Of a stretch of 64,000 bases of DNA, positions 36,326 to 48,660 are shown in pieces. A model generated the notes under the pieces. That model saw nothing but the letters and a program-made list of their open reading frames with translations. It made no database searches and was not told the DNA's origin. The stretch spans positions 36,848,327-36,912,326 of the forward strand of contig NC_052149.1 in NCBI RefSeq assembly GCF_902713615.1. Reading direction: 5' to 3'. A program made the translations under genes and the position numbers. Within the stretch, counting starts at the first letter, position 1; each line of letters starts with the position of its first letter. The stretch comes from Scyliorhinus canicula (taxonomy: Eukaryota).

Positions 36326-37857
36326 TTTGAAACAAACCTGTTGGACTTTAACCTGGTGTTGTCAGACTTCTTACTCTATAAATATAAATAGTTCATGGAC
36401 TAGTTCTTGAGTAAAATTTAGGAATGATTAGCCAATAAGTAGTTAGAATGGGAAAAGCATTATTCGGAGGCACATTCGGGTATTCACATTTTGTAGTCAG
36501 TGATGGGCGAATGCCTGAAGAGTGGGACCCTCGGATGGGTTGTTTGAAGATTCCAAGCTCACGTGGAACTTGACATAGAATCTGCCGCACAATAACAGGC
36601 CATTGAAACTGTTCTACAAAGTATGTATTTCATACGTATGTTGCATAAAGCGAGTCAAGGTCAGGGAGATATTTAGCTCTCAATTGCGGTGAGGGGGCAG
36701 AGAGATAATTGACACAAGGTACAGGGCAGAGAGGGAAAGCAGGGACACCCTGAGGGGCGAGGGAGGTAAGAATGGAAGGCAGCGAAAGAGCGAGTGGAGA
36801 AAATGCATTAATACCAAGTCATCATTTTTAAAATGTCCGAACCCAACAACGTTGTAAAGCTATATGTTTTTAATAAAAAGAACTGAGTGGTAAAATGACT
36901 TATCCTTCTGACAGTTAGGTTTAAATACAGCTGATGTCCATAAAGTTTTTTTTTCTCTGGAAAGTGAGTTTGAGCATTCCTAGCTAATCTTCTACTGGAT
37001 AAAGGCCACAGCATAACATTGGTAAGAGGTGGCAAACCCACTTAAGAAGCAGCAGCAGATTGACACTTTGTGGGGAATGGAAATATCGCACAGATGCAGT
37101 ACAGATAGCTTTGTAAAGATAATGTTCGAAGACATTGTTAAAATAGAGCAGACATTTAGTCTACTTTTGATCCATGTTACACCTGACCTAGACATATCTG
37201 ATGCTGGGTGATAGTGAAAAACACAGATACTGTAGCAGAAGCCAACATTTTAAACTTAATGAAACTGGATTAATACTAATAATCTTTATTAATGTCACAA
37301 GTTGGCTTACATTAACACTGCAGTGAAGATACTGTGAAAATCCCCTAGTCGTCACACTCCGTCGCCTGTTCAGGTACATAGGAGAATTCAGAATGTCTAA
37401 TTCACCTAACAAGCACGTCTTTTCAGGACATGTGGGAGGAAACCGGAGGAAACCCACACAGACATGAGGAAAACGTGCACACTCCGCAGTCAATGACCCA
37501 AGCCGGGAATCAACTTGAACCCCTGGTGCAGTGAAGCAACAGTGCTACTGTGCTGGATTATCCCATGCAGGACTGTCCAATATTTGGGAGAAATGTGCAT
37601 GTTCTATTTACGAATAGCAAGTGCACTGTACGTATAACTAACTCAGTTTTGAATCAGGAAGAATAGCAATCATTGGTTGGCGGAATTAGTCAAATTCTGC
37701 TTCTACTATATGACACTGGTAATTTTCACGACTGCTTTGGGGTCCTATTCTGTGACTCTGTCCGCTTTAATGGAAACACCAAACCAGTGATTTTTACCAC
37801 GAGTAAGCATTATATCTGACTCCTGCTTACACACCGGATATTGCCGATCAGTTCAGT

Positions 37858-37980
37858 CTTCCTCAGGTGAAGGAGCAGTGCTCCGAAAGCTAGTGTTTGA
37901 AACAAACATGTTGGACTTTAACCTGGTGTTGTAAGACTTCTTACTGTGCTCACCCCAGTGCAATGCCGGTATCTCCATAT
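37858..37980 (+). mobile_element. Penelope terminal repeat fragment (hammerhead 5' core disrupted by an inversion junction)
   Basis: Same family as 11969-12094 and 28265-28459. Confidence 0.8.
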
Positions 37981-38292
37981 ATTGGGAAAAAACGAGGTTT
38001 TTTAAAAATTTAGACTGCCCAATTATTGTTTTCTAATTAAGAGGCAATTTAGTATGGCCAATCCACCTAACCTGCACATCTTTGGGTTGTAGGGATGAAA
38101 CCCACCCAGACACGGGGGAGAATGTGCAAACTCCATACAGACAGTGACCTGGGGCCGGGATTAAACCCGGGTCCTCAGCGCTGTAAGCAGCGGTGCTAAC
38201 CACTGCACCACCCTGGGAAAAGACGAGTTAATATAAACAATTGAAATCCTCCATCAGAACTGGAAACTGAAAGGTCAGCGAACAGTTTAGGA

Positions 38293-39539
38293 CAGTGTTC
38301 TTCAAACTTTTTTTCCCGGGACCCACTTTTACGGACCGGCGGACCTTCGGGACCCATGCCGGCTGATGTTCGCGAGACATGCCGGCTGACATTCACGACC
38401 CAGTCCGGCCAACCTTCGCGACACACGTATTGCTTACGCTTAATGCGGCAGGTAGGCCTGCTTGGTCCTCACAATCTGTCTTGCTTCGTCATTCAATGTT
38501 ACATTTCCGCTAAGGACTTCAGCTGACGATTTAAGGTCTTGCTGAATGCTTTGAAAAAAATCAAGAGGTTTGTCCTCAAATTCTTCATGCTCAGTCTTCA
38601 AATGCCTTTGAAGATTTGAGGGTTTTAAACTTCATTTGTCAGTACTTCCTTGCATATAACTCACATGGGCTTTACATCCTGATTTGCATTGGCGCAATTA
38701 AAGCCATACCTCAAGAAAACATCTTTATACTGCTTTGTTCCCGATTTCAGTTTCTTCTTCCAGAAGCCCTGGAGCTCGGGATACAGCTCACACCAGCACT
38801 GCCTTGTCCTACCGTGGACTCTCCTGAAAAGCTCTTTCCAGCTGGTTTTATGTGAGATCCTGGTCTGTTTGTACCTCTGGCCCTCTCTACTTTATTACAA
38901 AATGACCCATCTTCAGTTCTTCACACAGTCCTGTTGCTTTCTTGTTGGCAGCTACAAAATGGAAGAATCTCACCTCTATGATTTTGCACCCAAAGCATTG
39001 ATGTGCTGGATGCGTGACCTTCTCTCCGCCGCTGCCTCTGGCCGTAGGTTGCATACTGCCGATGGGTGGCGGGGCCGAGCCGAGCAGCAAGCAAAGGACG
39101 AGCAGTAGAGCAGAGTTCCAAGCTGGGGCCACCACTGTTGCATCGCATCCAAGTGGATGCTGCCAGACCAAGTCCATGCGTCCTTCTCCCCCACCCACTG
39201 TTCTGCACGCGATTACCAGCACACAGCCCAGCCTCACGCCGCGCGTCCCCTCAGATGCTGTAACCAATCGTGGACTGCTCGCGGCTGGCATTCTTAAAAT
39301 GTACCAGCCTCCCTGAACAGGTGTCGGAATGTGGCGACTAGGGGCTTTTCACAGTAACTTCATTTGAAGCCTACTTGTGATAATAAGCGATTTTCATTTT
39401 AATTTCATTTTCAAGCTGGTCACGGCAGTTGGGAACTTCTCCCCGCGATCAGGAATGGCACAACCGATCGCTCCATGATACTCCCAACACCCACCCGCAA
39501 CCCATCTGCAGGTCACGACCCCGAGTATGAAAAACCCTG
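38293..39539 (-). mobile_element. Non-autonomous hAT (Charlie/Buster-type) element with 8-bp TSD
   Basis: CAGTG..CCCTG termini; TSD GTTTAGGA at 38285-38292 and 39540-39547; zinc-finger relic KQYKDVFLRYGF..KPM*VICKEVLAN..LQRHLKTEH..DKPLDFF at ~38545-38735. Confidence 0.88.
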
Positions 39540-40059
39540 GTTTAGGAGAGCTTGGTAAAAATATAAGAAAAATTAACTGCAGAGAAATGTTCAATTGGCA
39601 AAATGATGTACAGTTGCTTGAAATCAGACGACCTATATTCATGGCCTCGCCATCAAGCTTGCACCTTATGTAGCCTCTCTACCCCTGTGGTCCCAATCAC
39701 TGTCATATAAACCACCAACATCCTGCCCAAATCTGAGTCCATCCTTTCTGCCACACAATTAGATAAATCCAATCCGGTTTCTGGCCTAGCACAGCACTGA
39801 AATAGCCCTAACTGAAGTCACAAATGGCATTCTCTGTGACTGTGACCATGTTGTTCTTGTTTTTTGACACGGACATACCACCATCCTGCTCCAAAGATTC
39901 TGCTCCTTTGCCCAACTTAATGGGATTGCCATTGCTGAATTCTATTCTCACCTGGGCAATCATAACAGGAGCCCCTCCGTTTCCTCCTTTGCTTGCTGGC
40001 CCATGGCAATATCAAAAGATATAGGGTCAGTTGGGTTATCAACTGTGATTAAATGTATT

Positions 40060-41127
40060 CAAAGAACAAAGAACAGTACAGCACAGGAACAGGCCCTTCG
40101 GCCCTCCAAACCTGCGCCGATCACGTGTCCTATCTAGTCCAACCGCCTGTATCCTTCTATACCCATCTGTTCATGTATCTATCAAGATAAAGGTCGCTAA
40201 CGTATCTGCCTCATCCACATCACTTGGCAGTGCATTCCAGGCCTCTACCACCCTCTGTATAAGAAACTTCCCCCGCACATCTTCACTGAACCTATCCCCC
40301 CTCACCTTGAACTTATGCCCCCTTGTAATTTTCAGTTCCTCCCTTGGAAAAAGCTTCCAACTGTTCACCCTATCTATACCGCTAATAATTTCTATCAGGT
40401 CACCCCTCAGCCTCCATCTCACTAGGGGAACAATCTCTGTTTATTCAATCTCTCCTCATACCAGGCAACATCCTGGTAAACCTTTTCCTGTCCTCTTTCC
40501 AAAGCCTCCATGTCCTTCTGGTAGTGTGGTGACCAGAATTGGGCACAGTATTCCAAATGTGGCCTAACATTCTATATAACTGAACATAATTTGCAAGCTT
40601 TTATACTCGATACCCTGTCTGATGGAAGGCAAGCATGCCATATGCTTTCTTTACCACCATTTCCACCTGTGCTGCCACTTTTTAAGGATCTGTGGACCTG
40701 CACGCCCAGATCTCTCTATGTTTCTATGCTCCTGATGGTTCTGCCATTTATTTTATACTGAATTGGATCTACCAAAATGTATCACCACGCATTTGTCCGG
40801 GTTAAATTCCATCTGCCATTTCTCCGCCCAATTTTTCAGCCTATCTATATCCTGCTGTACTCTCTGACAATCTTCATCACTATCCGCAACTCCTGCAATC
40901 GTAGTATCATCCACAAACTTGCTAATCAGACCCACTACATTTTCTTCCAAGCCATTTGTATATATTACAAACAGCAGAGGTCCCAGTACCGATCCCTGCA
41001 GAACAATAGACCTCCATTTGGAAAAACACCCTTCCACTGCTACCCTCTGTCTTCTATGGCCAAGCCAGTTTTGAATCCATCTAGCTAGTTCATCCCTAAC
41101 CCCATGTGATTTAATCTTTTGCACCAG
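40060..41127 (-). mobile_element. CR1 LINE 3' fragment
   Basis: QGSVLGPLLFVIY, SKFVDDT, WAEKWQMEFNPDKC; CR1 tail. Confidence 0.9.
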
Positions 41128-41449
41128 CTAGAGGTGTCATCAAATGGCCTGCCCATGTTCCAGCTATTGATCAGTGAACACATCCATCCTAGTGACATGC
41201 TGCCTTCCTCTGTCAATTTGAAAGCAAAAAAGACTCACTCCCTAATTGGATGATGTTTGACTGTCAGCCAACACAAAATGGCTAAAGAGAAATGTTCAAA
41301 GAAAATGACATTAAACTTTTTTAATGTCTCTGATTTTTCTCCAAAATTGTGCAACAGGAGATTGACTATCAATTGTTGGAGACTCCAGGCCAATCCTGCA
41401 GGGTTGGCCTCACCAAAGGTCAACCTGTTGCTGCATGTTGACAGTGGAG

Positions 41450-42643
41450 GGACTGAATGTTTAAGGTGGTATGTGGGATACCAATCAAGCTGGCTGCTTA
41501 ATCCTGGATGAAGTTGAGCTTCTTGAGTGTTGTTGGAGCTGCACTCATCCAGGCAAGTGGAGAGTATTCCAACGCACCTGTGCCTTGTAAATGGAGTCAG
41601 AATTCCCAGCCTATGACCTTCTCTTGTAGCCACAGTATTTGATAAGACAAGTTCAATTTCTGGTCAATGGTAAATCCCAGGATGTTAATAGTGGGGGATT
41701 CAACGATAGTAATGCCATTTAATGTCAAGAGGAGATAGCTAGAGAGAAGTGTCGGAGTATTTTAGGCTGTACCGAGGGACCAGACAGGGCTGCCCGCTCT
41801 CCCCGCTGCTGTTTGCGCTGACCATAGAGCCTCTGCCGATTGCGCTGAGAGCCGCAGAGGAATGGAAGGAGATGGTGAGGGGCGGGGTAGAACATAGGGT
41901 CTCTCTTTACGTAGACGACCTGCTCCTGTATGTGGCGGACCCAGTGGCCGGGATGGGAAGTAAACTGGGAATGTTGAGGAAGTTCGGCCAGTTTTCAGGA
42001 TACAAATTAAATACGGCCAAGAGTGAAATGTTTGTGGTACAGGCAAGGGGCCAGGAGAACAGATTGAGAGGGCTACCGTTTAGGCTGGTTGAGGAAAATT
42101 TCCGGGTTGTGGGCAGAGGCCCTGAGTAGGGTAAATTCGACCGTGACATGTGCCAGGCTCGGGCTGATCCAATTTAAGGTCGTTCACCGGGCCCACATGA
42201 CGGTGGCTCGGATGAGCATATTCTTTGGGATAGAGGACAAATGCGCTAGGTGCACGGGAGGACCAGCGAACCACGTTCACATGTTTTGGGCATGCCCTAA
42301 GCTTAGGGGGTACTGGGAGGGATTTGCGGGCGTCATGTCCCGGGTGCTAAAAACAAGGGTGGCGATGGGTCCAGGGGTGGCAACGTTTGGGGTTTCGGAA
42401 GACCCGTGAGTCCAGGGGGAGAAAGAGGCTGATGTTTTGGCCTTTGCTTCCCTGATAGCCCGGCGACGGATACTATTGGCGTGGAGGGATTCAAAGCCCC
42501 TGAAGACTGAGTTGTGGCTTGCGGACATGTCGAGTTTACTGGGTATGGAAAAAATTAAGTTCGCCTTGAGGGGATCTGTACAGGGATTCGCCCGGAAGTG
42601 GCAACCATTTATTGACTTCTTTGCGGGAGAGTGAGCGTCAGCA

Positions 42644-42696
<53 letters not shown>

Positions 42697-43520
42697 AGAG
42701 TAGAGTAGGAGGGATAAAATGGCGGGTAGTACCGGTGGGAGAGGAGCGGGCTTGTGCAGTATGTTACAATTGAAGTATTGAATGTACGTGGATGGTTGCA
42801 CATTTTTGCCTTTTTTGCTTTCTTTCTGTTGATGTCTGTAACTGTTTACAAAGCCAAAAACTACCTCAATAAAATTGTTTATTAAAAAAAAGAGGAGATA
42901 GCTCGATTCTTTTGCTGGAGATGGTTATTGCCAGGCACTTGTGCAGCACACGTTACTTGTTGCTTTTCAACCCAAGTCCGAATATTGTCTTACTGCAGTT
43001 GGGCATGGAGTGCTTCAGTTTCTTAGGAGTCACAAATGGTGCTGAACATTGTGCAATCAATCATCAGAGAACATCCCCACTTCTGACCGTATGAAAGAAG
43101 GGAGGTCATTGGGAAGCAGCTGAAGATTTTTGAGAATAGGACACTACCCTGCGGGACATCCGCAGCGATATTCTGGGGCTGAGGTGATTGACTGTCAGCA
43201 ACCTTCTTTTGTGTTCAGTATTACCCGATTCCGCGATTCCCATTGACTCGTTTTGCTAAGATTCCGTGATGCCACACTCAGTCAAATGCTGTCTTGATGT
43301 CAAGAGCAGTCACTCTCATCTTGCCTCTGGAGTCAGCTCTTTTGTCCATGTTTGAAAGAAGGCTGTAATGAGGTCGAGCGACATGATCCTGGCAGAACTC
43401 AAAATGAGCATCTGTAAACAGGTTATTGCTGTGTAAATGCTGCTTGATAGCACAGTCAACGATATCTTCCATCTCTTTACTAACAATTGAGAGTAGGCTG
43501 ATGGGACAGTAATTGGTAGG
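41450..43520 (-). mobile_element. Older CR1/L2-group LINE fragment hosting the L1 insertion
   Basis: HLHSNNLFTDAHFEF, RVTALDIKTAFD; same family at ~17960-18335 and ~63520-63830. Confidence 0.7.
41741..42889 (+). mobile_element. L1-clade LINE 3' fragment, internally deleted, with poly(A) and 14-bp TSD
   Basis: RGTRQGCPLSPLLFAL, SLYVDDLLLY, CARC..HMFWACP zinc knuckle; poly-G 3' UTR; AATAAA plus A tail; TSD AAGAGGAGATAGCT at 41727-41740 and 42890-42903. Confidence 0.93.
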
Positions 43521-43709
43521 ATTGTATTAGGAACATTGAGAAAACACTGGTCACCATTGTTAACTCTCCTCCACAAATTCTGTGCTATGGTCATTGATTT
43601 GAGTTTCCATCCTAGCCAATATCTCAGATGAGCCAAACTGTTTCCAACCTTGCCACCCTAATGAACAAATAAAGAAAAATGTCTGATAGACCAATTAGTC
43701 TGTGGGAAG

Positions 43710-44230
43710 GTGGTGATGAAGTCGTAATGTCACTGGTCTAGTAATCCAGAGGCCCAGGGAGCATGGATTAAATCCCACCGCTGCGAGTGGTGGAATTTAA
43801 ATTCAATTAATAAAATTCTGGAATATTAAGTGATGATGATAATGAAAAGATCATTGATTGTCATAAAGACCCATCTGGTTCGCTAGTCCTTACCTGATCT
43901 GGCCTACATGTGACTCCAGACCCACAGCAACGTAGTTGACTCTTTCTTCGTGTTGGGCTTCTTCGTCGATGTTTCAACATGCCTCCGTCAGGCAAAATTC
44001 TTGAAATAATTTATCTGGGTTTGGAACCCAAAATCCACCGAAAAAACAGGTAAAAGAAATCAAAAGCAAAGACCCTGCCAGGAGCTATATTTCGTGCATC
44101 TTGCTCTTACTTGACGTTACCGGATGTCCAATGTAGTTGACTCTTAACTGCCTAGCTGAAGTAGCCCAGCAAACCACCCCAGTAATTAGGGATGGGCATT
44201 AATGTGTTCACAGTCCACGAACGAATAAAT
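43710..44230 (+). mobile_element. DeuSINE/SacSINE1-like element interrupted by a 184-bp insertion
   Basis: TAATGTCACTGG..TAGTAATCCAGAGG head; TCTGGCCTACATGTGACTCCAGACCCACAGCAA..; AGGGATGGGCA tail; related copy ~60280-60715 (-). Confidence 0.6.
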
Positions 44231-44469
44231 AGGCCTGTCATGTTTGACCTATATTGGCTCCCACTCTTAACACCTCCACTTAAATTGACTTTTCCCCACT
44301 TTTATTTCTATTTCTTGCTTTATTTTTCCACTCCTCTCACTGAGCATCAACACAATTCCCAATCCTCCCTACCCTCTCTACCAGGCAGATCCTACATTTG
44401 ACAGTTTCTTCAGTTCTCCGCCCAAAGACAGGTCCGACCCACATCACCACCATGGATAGGGCCTACATG

Positions 44470-44731
44470 TGACCCCCCCCCACCCCAAACCCCCCCCCCC
44501 AACCCCCCCCCCCCCACCCACCACCCCAACCCCCCCCCACCCCCCCCCCACACCCACACCCCCCCACCCACACCCCCCCACACCCCCACCCCCCCCCACC
44601 CACACCCCCCCACACCCCCACCCCCCCCACACCCACACCTCCCCCCCCCACACACACACACCCACCTCCCCCCCCACACACACACACCCACACCTCCCCC
44701 CCCACACACACACCCACACCTCCCCCCCCCC
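44470..44731. repeat. C/CA-rich low-complexity tract abutting an assembly gap
   Basis: (CCCCA/CACA)n-type sequence. Confidence 0.9.
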
Positions 44732-44868
44732 NNNNNNNNNNNNNNNNNNNNNNNNNNNNNNNNNNNNNNNNNNNNNNNNNNNNNNNNNNNNNNNNNNNNN
44801 NNNNNNNNNNNNNNNNNNNNNNNNNNNNNNNNNNNNNNNNNNNNNNNNNNNNNNNNNNNNNNNNNNNN
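44732..44868. other. Assembly gap (N run)
   Basis: 137 consecutive N. Confidence 1.
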
Positions 44869-45745
44869 GACATTTTGCTCGTCCAATCACTGGCTAGTTT
44901 TGTCCTGCTATAGCAATTGACAGGTTACTGCCCATCAGTAGCCAATTCATGGATAAACCGACCTTCGATTGGTTGAGTAAACTCTGAATATATTTTGAAA
45001 TTCTTTCCAAGATGTTTTGAAGTTGAACAGTTGGCTACACTTGGAGGATGTGGCAGGCCACTTACAAATGCCTCATGGGCCACCACACCAGATGTAGAGA
45101 AACCTGACAAAACACTTTCTTCAAAAATCATCACCAGTTTACTCAGAGATGACATTCTCTAAATTCAGACATCACATGATTTTTGTGTTGCTCTCCCACC
45201 ACATAGGGCACAGTGTAAATTCATTAATTAACACATTATTATGTGTGAAATAAATGGTCAACCATCAGAACAAGAATAATACTTAGAACCAACACTGTGG
45301 AATTACCTCCAAGGTCAATACATGATATTTCTCATGCAATATTTTTACATATTAACAACATGCAGTAGCATGTTCAGTCTAAGGTATTCTCGATATATTT
45401 TGTAGTTTCATTGTGTTGACAGATGAATGGCTTTGGTCTGTTACTGGCCACATTGTCTGCAATTCTGTATCCTCAATTTCAACTGCTATACTGTACTCTG
45501 CAAGACATTATTACATCTCTTTCTATTAGTGAATCATGTAAAAACATCTCGACTGTTACGCTCTGTGATACACCATGGCTTAACAAGCTTAACAATTCCC
45601 CGACAATTGGGAAATTGTGTAACTGCACCATTTATACACATGATTTTTAAAATATATGCTCCCTAAAGATCCTGGTTTTCAGGGTCCAACAAGCCATATT
45701 AAGGCACTTTGACCAGCACAGGTGATCCTTTACTAATGGCATGTA

Positions 45746-47158
45746 CTAAGCAACCTTCACATTTCTCAGAAAGTCCAAGACACCTTCTTGTGTGAGAAAT
45801 ATGGTCTTTCCATTATTTTGGCAGCTGACTTCAAAAACTGGTGGATTTTCCAAAACCCTCTTTCCTGCAATGACAACGTACGGGTAACCTAGATGGTTGG
45901 CATCTTTCAATCTCTTGCCTATAGTCAGATGACTACGGTCATCCAACACCACCTCTCCATGAAGCTGAGGTAGAGCATCGATTAAAGTATCATACAGCGT
46001 CGCTGAGAGATCCGGGACCAGTTCCTCCTTACTGCCTTTCTTAGGTGAAATGATGCAAACCTGGTAAGGGGCCAGGAGGCCTGGCCAGCGAATGTTATCT
46101 TCAGTCGACAAAATCTCTATGGATGCGGCTAATATTCGTGTGACACCAAGGCCAAAACAACCCATTTCGGCTACAGTGGGCTTGTTCTCGGTGTTGGAGT
46201 ATGATGCACCTAAAATACGCGAATACTTGGTGCCAAGGTAAAAGGTATGTCCCACCTCAATACCTTTACTTTCTCTCAGCTTTCCATGACACTGTGGACA
46301 GTTTGTTTCAGCGCCCATCATTGCTTCGACATTGGAAGCAAAATGGCAGTCAGAACACATCAAAAGGCGATCCTCCCCAATCTCTGCTGGCAGCTGGAAT
46401 TCATGAGACATTTTACCGCCAATACTGCCTGTATCGGCCTGCACCTTTACAAACTGCAATCCCAACTGCTCAAAGATGCGAGTATAAGCATCAGAAACAA
46501 GGTTATAGGTCTCCATAGCAGCTCTTTCCGAGACATCGAACGTGTACATGTCCTTCATGTAGAACTCCCGCCCACGGAGCAAACCAAAACGTGGCTTCGG
46601 CTCATCTCGGAACTTTCTGGTCACTTGGTACAACATCAATGGTAGCTGTTTGTACGAGAGATTACCCTGCATGGCAACCAGCTCCGTCACCGCTTCCTCG
46701 TGTGTTGGACTTAAACAGTACTCCACATTATGCCTGTCCTTCAGTCGGAATAGTTCCTTCCCCAGGAGATCCCAACGTTCACTGATCTTCCACAGACTCG
46801 CTGAGGTGAGGCTGGGCATATCCACCTTCTGACCCCCGATGGATTGCATTTCCTCATCAATCACACGAACCAGTTTTTCCATGGCTCGGACTGTATATGG
46901 TAGATAGTGAAAGCAGCCAGTATTGGCTGGTTGAATGAGGCCCACTTGAAGCATCAGTCTCTGGCTCTTGCAGCTAAGCTCACTGGACCGGCCGGCCCCA
47001 GTCATTCTGTCATCACGGAGATTCATAGGCTGAAAGAAGCGAGAGATCAATAGACGCTTGGATCTACCATGGTGGTAATGGGAGCTGTGTAAATGTAAGA
47101 AGTCACAGAACAGCCTGTTGAACAATCGTCCTGGATATGAATGGATTGCCATCTCCAT
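45746..47158 (-). CDS. PARS2: Mitochondrial prolyl-tRNA synthetase, single coding exon (470 aa)
   Basis: Class II ProRS motifs SPTHEE, LYQVTRKFRDEPKPRFGLLRGREFYMKDMY, GIEVGHTFYLGTKYS, MGCFGLGVTR; anticodon domain LDDR..GYPY; acceptor TTTTCAG| at 47183/47182. Confidence 0.97.
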   Translation of the reverse strand: MEMAIHSYPGRLFNRLFCDFLHLHSSHYHHGRSKRLLISRFFQPMNLRDDRMTGAGRSSELSCKSQRLMLQVGLIQPANTGCFHYLPYTVRAMEKLVRVIDEEMQSIGGQKVDMPSLTSASLWKISERWDLLGKELFRLKDRHNVEYCLSPTHEEAVTELVAMQGNLSYKQLPLMLYQVTRKFRDEPKPRFGLLRGREFYMKDMYTFDVSERAAMETYNLVSDAYTRIFEQLGLQFVKVQADTGSIGGKMSHEFQLPAEIGEDRLLMCSDCHFASNVEAMMGAETNCPQCHGKLRESKGIEVGHTFYLGTKYSRILGASYSNTENKPTVAEMGCFGLGVTRILAASIEILSTEDNIRWPGLLAPYQVCIISPKKGSKEELVPDLSATLYDTLIDALPQLHGEVVLDDRSHLTIGKRLKDANHLGYPYVVIAGKRVLENPPVFEVSCQNNGKTIFLTQEGVLDFLRNVKVA

Positions 47159-47449
47159 TATGAGTCCGAGAAATAAATAGTTCTGAAAAGCAAAACAAAC
47201 ATTTTAAATTGACATCCATTCTGGAAAGGCAGCACATTTTCAAAATCCACATAACAATTAATAATGAAGGAAAGCAGTGTCCTTAATATTTAGGTTAATG
47301 AAGTAGATGAATCATAGGTCATATCATTTCACTTTCAATGGTTATTAAGATGAGGGATACAAAACTTTTCCACATGCTACTCAGGGTCAACATTCAACAT
47401 CTAACTTCAATTAAAAATTCCTCGGATTGCTGCCAAGAGCACAATTTCT

Positions 47450-48660
47450 TTATGCAAAAATAAACTTTATTCATAAAATATTTGAAAGAACATTACAAAC
47501 GTTCCAAAATGGCCATCGCACAAAGTGTAGTAATATTCAGGTTTTCTACATCCACCATGTCGCACTGAGGTGTTTTAGTCGAGTCCAAGAAATGTGTCAA
47601 GACATTTCAAAATGGTCATTACAAATGGTACAAAAGTATTTAAATTGTCTACCTAGATCAATTGTGATACGTGTAATATTCACTATGTATATTTAATGTG
47701 AGTCATACAGCCCAAAGGGGTTCTATACAATTCCCAGCCCCTCAGTTCACTATGGCATCTGCGGCGGCTTCCTCAAGCTTTAGTGCACCCTTCAGCATGT
47801 CATCTCGGGATGAACCAGGACAAAAAACACCTAATATCTCTCCAGATCTTCTTTGCAAAGGCACATTCCAAAAGGAGGTAGAAAACGGTCTCTTCCCCAC
47901 CACGGTCACCTCGAGGGTGATGTGCAGATGGTGTGAGACTCCAGGCGTGCAGGAAGAATCTAACAAGAAGGGCCTTTCTCACCAGGCATGCTTGTTTGAA
48001 AATTCTCGTGATGAGGTTTCCATCACCAGTGACCTCAAAGGTCTGCTCAGAGAACTATCCAACAGGATCCACCATCTCCTCTTCCCTTGGGCCTCCAGGA
48101 CGTTATGGGCAGACCACTGTCTGATGGACGTGTGGTCATAGGTGTTTATTTGCATAAATTGTCCATGATGGACAGGTGGTATGGCACAGACCAGCTACTT
48201 GGGAGTCTGGCCAGTCCCATTCTTCACAATACCAGGAACAGGTAGGACCTCAGCACATAGTAATACTTGGGTGTTTGCATATCGAGGATCTATACACAGC
48301 TTGATGCATCCGCATGCAGATATGGCCAGCAGATTAGAGCGATATTGGGCATGTTTTCTATCCCTTTATTTAGAGGATTTTACATTGTGTCTCTTTGAAT
48401 GTGGTCCATTTTTGACCCCTAGATGAAGCAGGAAATGACTTGGGTGCTTGCAGGAGTGAGGAATAGGCCAGATTTGTACCACATGCAGTAACACCACGAG
48501 TGCCTCACTCCTGATGATCTTCTCCACAATGGAGAGGCAGCGTCGCCCCCACATACCCAATTTTGATTTACTTATACTTACTCGCCCCTTGCAGTTTCTA
48601 ACGAATGGCCTAGTCCCTCCAAACCATATCCCCTAACGGTGAAAAGGACAAGCGATTGAT
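47450..48660 (-). mobile_element. Tx1-like LINE 3' fragment, decayed
   Basis: EETVFYLLLECAFAKKIW zinc-knuckle region; related + strand fragment at ~55555-55830. Confidence 0.65.

Larger units (their letters stand above)
33659..36379 (+). mobile_element. Penelope-like retroelement, 5'-truncated, with inverted terminal-repeat copy
   Basis: RT motifs LVTMDVSALYTSIPH, TAMGT, RYIND, FLD, LYRKPTD, IPYGQA..RICS (34669-35620, with stops and frameshifts); linker CKTCQII before a deleted GIY-YIG core; 33659-34668 is an inverted copy of the 3' end; AAATATAAATA on both flanks. Confidence 0.92.

Noticed and set aside
44410-44897. ORFs spanning the N gap
   Set aside because: Artefacts of low complexity and Ns.
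44922-45162. + strand frame after a CAG acceptor-like site with one in-frame TGA (GYCPSVANSWINRPSIG*VNSEY..)
   Set aside because: No resemblance to any selenoprotein motif I know and no SECIS seen; may simply be the PARS2 3' region. Unresolved without RNA data.
46201-46832. + strand ORFs overlapping PARS2
   Set aside because: Antisense shadows of the real CDS.
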